The notes below the pieces were generated by a model. The model ran no database searches and was not told the DNA's origin. It worked only from the letters and a program-made list of their open reading frames with translations. DNA of 64,000 bases, taken from a virus. This document shows, in pieces, positions 57,960 to 64,000 of this stretch (its first letter is position 1; each line of letters opens with the position of its first letter). A program made the translations under genes and the position numbers. The stretch covers positions 32,001-96,000 of IMG/VR virus record IMGVR_UViG_3300025687_000026; one strand, given 5' to 3'.

Positions 57960-59185
57960 CACAGACCCTCCGCATACTTGCCGATGGTATCGGCGTCAAC
58001 GCCCCACGAATTAAGCAGTTCGGACGACTTCTTGGCGTCATCTTCCCAATTTTTGAAACGAACCAAGCGTTTCAGTTCTTCCTTTCTCACGGGGTCTGCC
58101 TCGTCAATGAAGGCGAGGACGGCCTTTGCCTGCGTGCCCTTCATTTTGAGATGAGGCAAGACCCCGTTCAGAAACTTACGGAGGTCTGCCTTGGAATAGA
58201 ATTGCAGTCGATGTTGACTACGAGTGGAGTTCTTGTGAACCTTGTTGTCCAGTTGCAGGACGCCGCAGTCCATCGTTTTGTAGAGGTCTTCACAGTGAAC
58301 ACGACCCCTCTCCCCTGTCGCAATCATTCCAGCACGAGGCTCCCCACGCTCGGTAATGGTGATGTAACCGTCTGCGTCAAGGAACCCAGCACCGTAAGCC
58401 CACACATCCTTCAAGACAAGACCTTCGTTGGTGACACGGACATACGAGCCACGCTCCGCTCCTTTGATGATGTCGAACTCTTCACCATACATGTTGAGAA
58501 GCGTGGTGAACTTGCGGGTTGTGAATGACTTGCGGATTAGCCCCGCTTCATTCATGTCTTCTTGCAGGTCGCTGACTTGCATTGGCCCTTTCTTCAGTTG
58601 TTCGGCTACGAACTCAAGGTAGGACACTTCGGCCTTGGTGAGTTTGTCAGACTGGAACAAAGCCGTGCGCCACATTTTTCGTGCGTCGCTGCGGTCACGC
58701 ATAGCCGACGCCCACGCTTGTTGCTCTTCCTCACCCCACACATCCTCATGCTCATCGAGCATCTTCATCGTAGCCTCAGCCTTCTCCCAAAGGCTACAGG
58801 CTTTTTGAAGCGACACTGCTCGGGATTCGCCAAATTGACGCAGGTGCTTAAGGGACCTGTCAGACAGTCCGAGTCCTTTGATGCAGTGCTCCATGCCGTC
58901 AGCCCACGAGAGGTTGCGAATGGTAAGTTCGGTTTCCAACGCCTTGATGGTTCGGATGTCATCAATAAAAGCGTCAATATCACCACTCGTGTCTTTGTTG
59001 TGACGACGAGCCTTGCGTAGTCGCTTTACCAACTGGTCCGCAGTGCAATTCATCTTCGCCTCAAACCACCCGTCGCCGTTAGGAGCGAAACGGTAGGTCT
59101 TACGAATAGCCTCGACAACTTCCTCTTGATAGGGGACTTCAGCCTTGATGACAAAATCATCCTCGATAAGTGCCGACCCCCACAT
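57959..59185 (-). CDS. Protein with C-terminal LAGLIDADG endonuclease domain
   Basis: YGAGFLDADGYITI...FL..VLPHL.MK..QA; long helical and wHTH-like N-terminal part. Confidence 0.8.
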   Translation of the reverse strand: MWGSALIEDDFVIKAEVPYQEEVVEAIRKTYRFAPNGDGWFEAKMNCTADQLVKRLRKARRHNKDTSGDIDAFIDDIRTIKALETELTIRNLSWADGMEHCIKGLGLSDRSLKHLRQFGESRAVSLQKACSLWEKAEATMKMLDEHEDVWGEEEQQAWASAMRDRSDARKMWRTALFQSDKLTKAEVSYLEFVAEQLKKGPMQVSDLQEDMNEAGLIRKSFTTRKFTTLLNMYGEEFDIIKGAERGSYVRVTNEGLVLKDVWAYGAGFLDADGYITITERGEPRAGMIATGERGRVHCEDLYKTMDCGVLQLDNKVHKNSTRSQHRLQFYSKADLRKFLNGVLPHLKMKGTQAKAVLAFIDEADPVRKEELKRLVRFKNWEDDAKKSSELLNSWGVDADTIGKYAEGL

Positions 59186-59216
59186 AATTCTACCTCACGA
59201 GATACCTCTATTTAAC
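59183..59216 (-). promoter_or_regulatory. TATA-containing promoter/leader shared with the MCM gene
   Basis: GTTAAATAGAGGTATCTCGTGAGGTAGAATTATG, 29/34 identical to 11604-11637. Confidence 0.6.
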
Positions 59217-60116
59217 GCCCACCATCTTCACGACGGTCGGCTTACCGCCAACACCTTGCTTCTTGGCTCGCTTGGCCTCGGGACTGACTGGTCGCTTGAG
59301 TAGTCGCCAAGAGAGGTCCATTGGTTCACCTGTCTGTATGGTGTTAAACCACAATTGTTTCGCTTTTGCCCTATCTTCAGCGGGAACATTAGGGTGTTGG
59401 CTCACACGATACAATGCTTGATTGAAAGGAGTTGTTCTTTCTAAATCATAAGGTTCTCGTCGCCTTTCTGATTTACCTTCTTCTGCCAATCTTTGTGAAT
59501 ACACTTCTTCACCCAAAAATGCAGGGAACTCCGCATGGACGATATTGCTATGACCTACTTCGGGTAATGTTGCTGTGTGCATATCTTCATGTATTACATC
59601 ACGGATGAAGTTTTCGGGTTCGTTATGCCTACCATGTTTGGTCGGCATGAGTCTTACTGATGAATCTAAAACTTCATTCGTTTCGGGGTCATACACAGTT
59701 CTGCCAATTTGAGGATGGTCTTCATCCGGTGATGCGATACGAGTCTTGAGCAACCGCATAGCGATGTCCATTGGTTCGCCCGTCACGATGCGGTCATCGG
59801 TGATGTCGTATTGGTAGTCGGCCTTGACAATCGTCGGTTTACCGCCGACACCCTGCTTCTTGGCTCGCTTACGCTTAGTCGCCGCACGCTTTTGCCCTTC
59901 GCTCATGGAGCCACTGGTCTTTGGTGTCTTGTCGCTGACCTTGACGGATGGGCGACACTTCGGGTAGCCCTTGCTTGAAGTGTTGGCTTTGGAACGACCG
60001 CATGGCGGATGCTTGCCGTCTTTGTCCTTGCGTGAAACATCCACCCACTTTTCCTTGAACCAACGGTTCAAATCCTTGATGACAAGGACATCGTGACAAG
60101 TGCAGCGGTCGGTCAC
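59208..60116 (-). CDS. Modular protein: basic domain, tagged HExxH module and duplicated tail
   Basis: RWFKEKWVD...CGR...YPKCRP; GEPMD tag twice; HEDMH; KRAKKQGVGGKPT.VK twice. Confidence 0.75.
   Translation of the reverse strand: MTDRCTCHDVLVIKDLNRWFKEKWVDVSRKDKDGKHPPCGRSKANTSSKGYPKCRPSVKVSDKTPKTSGSMSEGQKRAATKRKRAKKQGVGGKPTIVKADYQYDITDDRIVTGEPMDIAMRLLKTRIASPDEDHPQIGRTVYDPETNEVLDSSVRLMPTKHGRHNEPENFIRDVIHEDMHTATLPEVGHSNIVHAEFPAFLGEEVYSQRLAEEGKSERRREPYDLERTTPFNQALYRVSQHPNVPAEDRAKAKQLWFNTIQTGEPMDLSWRLLKRPVSPEAKRAKKQGVGGKPTVVKMVGVK
59226..59870. repeat. Imperfect direct repeats flanking an AT-rich cassette
   Basis: 48-nt repeats at 59226-59273 and 59823-59870 (41/48 identical); GTCCATTGGTTC(A/G)CC at 59316-59330 and 59766-59780. 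Confidence 0.85.
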
Positions 60117-60715
60117 GCAGTCACCCCTACCATTTGAGTGTTAGATGCGCCCATCATAGAAGAAGGGTCCATTGTCGCCTGACGCACTGATATTGGGGTG
60201 TTCATATAATTTTCAAGTCTCGCACCGAGACGACCCATTTTACCAGTAGGGCGAGAGTCTTCCTGTCCTCCTCTGATACGACTTTCTACAGGCTCAAATG
60301 CAAAGGCTTCAGGCATTTGACGCATCCTTCCCTGAAGTGTGCGTAGCGTATTCATCAACAAAGGACGGTCTGTAGGTCCACCGCGACCCGCTGCCATGTA
60401 ACGCTCAGGTAAAGCATAACCATCGGGAGTTTTGAACTGACCCGTAAAAGACTCAGCCTCTTGAGCGGTCATAGGAAAGGGTAGACTACCGTCTTGATAC
60501 GAACGAGGGTCGGTGACCACTTCTGAAGTAGGCTGAGTGAATTGACCAGTAAGATAAGGAGTCATCATATCTCCAAGAGTAGAATTGGGGTTATTTTGAA
60601 GGAATTGTGAAATTGCATCGTAGTTCATCTCAGTAGGGAGGTGCTGATACCCGATTACACTACGAGCGCTCACATCCCCTTTCAATAAAAGCCACGCAAA
60701 ATCAAACGGGTTCAC
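60113..60715 (-). CDS. Hypothetical protein with N-terminal PFDFAWLLLK tag
   Basis: 200 aa; GTGA overlaps on both sides. Confidence 0.7.
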   Translation of the reverse strand: MNPFDFAWLLLKGDVSARSVIGYQHLPTEMNYDAISQFLQNNPNSTLGDMMTPYLTGQFTQPTSEVVTDPRSYQDGSLPFPMTAQEAESFTGQFKTPDGYALPERYMAAGRGGPTDRPLLMNTLRTLQGRMRQMPEAFAFEPVESRIRGGQEDSRPTGKMGRLGARLENYMNTPISVRQATMDPSSMMGASNTQMVGVTA

Positions 60716-60873
60716 TTCTTCTTCCCCCTGAACTTACCCTTGCAGTATTGCACGGCCCATCCGTTGGCGTAGGCTGACGGGTAGACCTTGAACTTCCTCT
60801 TGGCCGCTGCCTTGCCTTCAGGACACAACTTCTTGCGAAGGTCGTCAAAAGCAATGTCAAAGGCTGAGGACAT
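60712..60873 (-). CDS. Small basic protein (53 aa) with AFDIAFDDLRK tag, not in ORF track
   Basis: MSSAFDIAFDDLRKKLCPEGKAAAKRKFKVYPSAYANGWAVQYCKGKFRGKKK; GGTGA SD. Confidence 0.8.
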   Translation of the reverse strand: MSSAFDIAFDDLRKKLCPEGKAAAKRKFKVYPSAYANGWAVQYCKGKFRGKKK

Positions 60874-60879
60874 GCGATT

Positions 60880-62301
60880 TCACCACTTTACTTTATCAGC
60901 CCAGTATGCAGCACTCAATTTTCCACGGTTGATGTTTTTGGCGTGACGGGCCTTGAACGACTCACGACGCTTGCGGTATGAGGAAGACTCGCCCTGTTTC
61001 TTAGGAGAGCCTGAAACACCTTGCTGACCGAAGCGAATAGTTTTGACCTTCCCACCTTCCCGAGCCACGACAACATGGCTCTTTTTCGGATGCTTGGGCG
61101 TTCGCTTGGGTTTGTTGAATCCACTCACACCGGCACGAGCGAGACGAGGGTCACGCTTTTGCGCTTTCAAAACCACCCATGCGAGGTCAGCCGGTGAAGG
61201 ATAAGCCCGCTGCACCATGTCTTGGTCAGCAAAGAACTGAGTCGGGTCTTCCTCTCGTAGTGCTGCAAGTTGCGCTTCTCCCTCAGCACCCATAGAGTCA
61301 GCACGATTCTTCTGTCGCTGTATTTGCGACATAAGTCGCATGAACTCACGACGCTGGGCGGGGTCGTAGAAGTTTGGATTCAGACGCATGTCTTGATAAT
61401 CAGCACCGGCTTTACCCTCACCATAAAGGAAGCGAGCAAAGGCTTCTTGGTCTTCCTCTTCAGGGTCGAGGGCTTGAGCAGCCTGCATACCGAGACGACT
61501 GATGGTTGACTCAGCAAGGGCTGGACCTCGCTCCATTTGTGAAGCAACATCGCTGAAACGACGAGCCTGTCCCTTCTCACCGGCTTCACGCAAGCGTTGT
61601 GCTTCTTCCATGAGTTCAGCCGGAGTGGCTTTTGATATGAAGGCGGGAGTAAGGGAGGTTCCCATTCGTTCTTGAGCGAGGGTGGGTGGTGGTAATCCTG
61701 CAGGGTTGCTTTCAGTAGGATGAATCAATCCCTGCTCTTTCATCTCTTTCAGTTTCTGCCGTGTTCTTTCACGAAAAGCCTCTACATCTGCAGGACTTGA
61801 GGAAGCAGGAGGTTCTACATGAAAACCAGCGTAGGGGTCGGTTGCGTCAAAACTGGCTCGCTTCATACTGTCGAAGATGTTGGCGTAGAGGTCTTCTTCT
61901 TCTGTTTGAGGCTTCTTTCTGTCCTCTTCTTCTTGTAGACGCTGCATCAACGGCTTGCCGCTCTCAAAAGCCTCAGCCTCTTCTTTACTTCCTCGTCGCC
62001 CACTGTGACCGATTGAAACATCATCAGCGAGTTTTGGGGCTTCTTCTTCAGGTTCAGCGTTGGGGTCGTCGAGGTCACCTTGTTGGTAACGAACTTGATT
62101 CCTAACTTGTCGCCCAGCGCCCATGCGAGCGTTTGCATTTGACAAAACTTTTCCGCGTCTTGAGAGTTCGCTGCTAAGTTGGTCCATCTTTTCTTGCTTG
62201 TCCGGGTCAGCAGCGTTTGCAGGATTCTTGTCTGAGGGTTTCCCTACAGAGATAACGAGGACCATGCCCTTGCCTTTCTTTCCAACTTTTTCTTCCTTCA
62301 T
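60880..62301 (-). CDS. Modular protein with C-terminal tagged basic domain
   Basis: PADLAWVVLKA followed by ...GFNKPKRTP.HP.KSHVV.A..G.KVK.IRFGQQG...SFKARH...SAAYWA.KVKW; start 62301 or 62313. Confidence 0.75.
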   Translation of the reverse strand: MKEEKVGKKGKGMVLVISVGKPSDKNPANAADPDKQEKMDQLSSELSRRGKVLSNANARMGAGRQVRNQVRYQQGDLDDPNAEPEEEAPKLADDVSIGHSGRRGSKEEAEAFESGKPLMQRLQEEEDRKKPQTEEEDLYANIFDSMKRASFDATDPYAGFHVEPPASSSPADVEAFRERTRQKLKEMKEQGLIHPTESNPAGLPPPTLAQERMGTSLTPAFISKATPAELMEEAQRLREAGEKGQARRFSDVASQMERGPALAESTISRLGMQAAQALDPEEEDQEAFARFLYGEGKAGADYQDMRLNPNFYDPAQRREFMRLMSQIQRQKNRADSMGAEGEAQLAALREEDPTQFFADQDMVQRAYPSPADLAWVVLKAQKRDPRLARAGVSGFNKPKRTPKHPKKSHVVVAREGGKVKTIRFGQQGVSGSPKKQGESSSYRKRRESFKARHAKNINRGKLSAAYWADKVKW

Positions 62302-63782
62302 GGTATCATCCATCCATCATTTTTTCTTGGTTCGCCCGTGAGCCAATCATCGAATCCGGGCATGTAATCATCAAGCATCACTACGCTTCCTCGGAACTCT
62401 TTGGTCGCCCAGTTGGCGAGAGCGAGGGACATGGCGAGGTCATCATGCACACCTACGCTTTCGAGTCGTCCATTCTTCTGCATACCGAAGCGGGTCAATT
62501 CCTCTTCGAGTTTGTGCGTAAAACGACGAGAGCGGTCGTCACCGTAAGGCGTCTTAATTTGACCCTGTTCAAACGCCATCAAGAGTGACATAAACAAACT
62601 CTCCTTGCGGGTGCGAGTCGTCATGAAAGTGCGGATTGGAATATCTTGGCGAATATCCTGCAGTTCCATAGCGAACATACGCTGGAAGTTGTTACCTTCG
62701 AGTTCGATGAGGTCGGGCTGAAACTTGTTGTTGAGAAGGATGATGGCTCGCTTCTGTGCTGCTGACCCCATACCTTGCTCGTGCACACTGCCCACGATTT
62801 GCTTGACATCTTCGTCAGGTAGCGTGCGTAAAACTGTTATGGCTGTGTAGTCAGCGTTCTTGTCCGATGCGATGGCCGTGTCCCAACCAATGAAATGATG
62901 ACCGAGCACACCGACTCGCTCACCGTTCTCATCATACTCAGCGTCAGCGACATCGAGAAGTTTGAGTTCATGGTCACGGGCCTTTTCAAGCAGCGTCATT
63001 GGGAACATACTGGCGACATCGTGAATTGGTTCACAGAGATACTCACGAGTGAACTGAATAGCAGGCATCGACATGCGCCGCTGGTCGAGTGCTTCAAGGT
63101 TCCAACGCTCAGGCCACAGAGCCACACCTTCCCTGTTGATAGCAGGGTAGGTTTCAACGACAAATGTCTCCGTCTTCTCAAGTTGAGCATACAGGTCGTT
63201 GTAACTGAACGGTGTGCCCACCATCATCAAGCGACCCGTGTGGTGGAGAACAGGAAGCAAAACACCGTAAAACCAGTCTGCAGCACGCTGCAGTTCAGAC
63301 CCAGTGGTTCCCCACAGAATGTCGTCACACAACACAACATCCGGGTGGAAACCACGAGTTCCACCACCGACTGACTTGGCCATGATACGGCTACCGTTGG
63401 TGAACTCGAAGTAGGTCTTACGCCATGGCTTACCCGAGGGAATCAAATCCTTCAAACACGGTGAGTTCTGAATGTTCTGTCGGATGAAACGCATGTGCTC
63501 AAGCGTCTGCTCCAACGAGTGAGAGAAAATCATGATGTGCGTGCCGGGATTGAAAGCAGCAATCCACAGGGCGTAGGACATGAAGAACACGGACTTACCG
63601 TGGTCACGAGATGCCTTCACGCAGTAGTAGCGGTTGTCAGCCAATCCCTTGTCCCACATGCCGTGGTGGTTAGCATAGTCGAACTCAAGCACCGTCTCAA
63701 AGAAGTATTTGAACGACCGAGCGGACATTTTCTTGTCCATCTCGATGACAAGTTCTTGCATCTCAGCAGACTTGTCGCTCAT
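62298..63782 (-). CDS. terL: Terminase large subunit
   Basis: Walker A ASRDHGKS, RG.HPD, Walker B VLCDD, VGTP, F..EY.C, IGWD.A, HDDLAMSLA. Confidence 0.95.
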   Translation of the reverse strand: MSDKSAEMQELVIEMDKKMSARSFKYFFETVLEFDYANHHGMWDKGLADNRYYCVKASRDHGKSVFFMSYALWIAAFNPGTHIMIFSHSLEQTLEHMRFIRQNIQNSPCLKDLIPSGKPWRKTYFEFTNGSRIMAKSVGGGTRGFHPDVVLCDDILWGTTGSELQRAADWFYGVLLPVLHHTGRLMMVGTPFSYNDLYAQLEKTETFVVETYPAINREGVALWPERWNLEALDQRRMSMPAIQFTREYLCEPIHDVASMFPMTLLEKARDHELKLLDVADAEYDENGERVGVLGHHFIGWDTAIASDKNADYTAITVLRTLPDEDVKQIVGSVHEQGMGSAAQKRAIILLNNKFQPDLIELEGNNFQRMFAMELQDIRQDIPIRTFMTTRTRKESLFMSLLMAFEQGQIKTPYGDDRSRRFTHKLEEELTRFGMQKNGRLESVGVHDDLAMSLALANWATKEFRGSVVMLDDYMPGFDDWLTGEPRKNDGWMIP

Positions 63783-64000
63783 TCCTCAACCCCCATTGTC
63801 GACATGTTTTGCTTCTTCCCACTGAACTTTTCAGCAAGAGCGGCACCTGCTTCAGCAGCGTCTTTACCAGTCGTTGGCTCAGCAATTCCATCTGACGGGT
63901 CAGCAGCAGTTGATTGAGGAAACGCAGCAGCCATACCTTCCGCCGTCTTGGGGGGTATGGGGAGTTTGCTTTGCTCCGTCGATGAAGCGGTGGTTGGCGA
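63779..64000 (-). CDS. 3' end of a hypothetical protein (truncated by window)
   Basis: Open frame ...ANHRFIDGAKQ...MSTMGVEE*, with ATGA overlap into the terminase. Confidence 0.6.
   Translation of the reverse strand, partial: SPTTASSTEQSKLPIPPKTAEGMAAAFPQSTAADPSDGIAEPTTGKDAAEAGAALAEKFSGKKQNMSTMGVEE

Larger units (their letters stand above)
1..64000. mobile_element. Archaeal tailed virus genome segment (magrovirus-like, probable Poseidoniales host)
   Basis: Archaeal-type replisome (PolB, AEP primase, MCM, PCNA, RFC) and thermosome together with terminase, portal, HK97-type capsid and tail genes; dense operons with ATGA/TGATG overlaps and GGTGA SD sites; no cellular housekeeping context. Confidence 0.9.

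Noticed and set aside
57959-59185. Intein or intron-encoded homing endonuclease
   Set aside because: No intein C/S...HN termini, and the flanking genes are uninterrupted.

Overview
This window is part of a tailed dsDNA archaeal virus genome (Caudoviricetes). Gene content, gene order and the frequent GGTGA/GGAG(A)TGA Shine-Dalgarno sites fit a magrovirus, a virus of Marine Group II Poseidoniales. It has two convergent blocks. The + strand (1-15381) is an archaeal-type replication/recombination module: RFC clamp loader, putative SSB, RecA/RadA-like ATPase, PCNA-like clamp, PolB, Cas4-like and other nucleases, PriS-PriL primase fusion, ERCC4 nuclease, divergent MCM, DEDD exonuclease and a group II chaperonin. 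The - strand (15390-64000) is the morphogenesis module: terminase, LAGLIDADG-domain protein, portal, a large protein with a degenerate ligase domain, prohead protease/scaffold, HK97 capsid, neck, tail tube, tail chaperones, tape measure, a 5660-aa virion protein and a tail fibre. The most interesting signal is a candidate capsid-cargo system. Accessory proteins between terminase and portal are built from unrelated modules, each preceded by a conserved tag ([F/M/A]D-x-[A/S]-[W/M/F]-x-x-L-(R)K). The whole head region is rich in hydrophobic-x-K-[A/S/G] sites that may be prohead-protease cleavage sites, and one AT-rich HExxH cassette sits between duplicated tags. Other features missed by the ORF track: a -1 frameshift site in the tail chaperone, a nested scaffold start, a second protein carrying the scaffold C-terminal motif, a structured intergenic RNA candidate, two recurring regulatory motifs and several micro-ORFs. 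All calls come from reading motifs by eye; no database searches were run.
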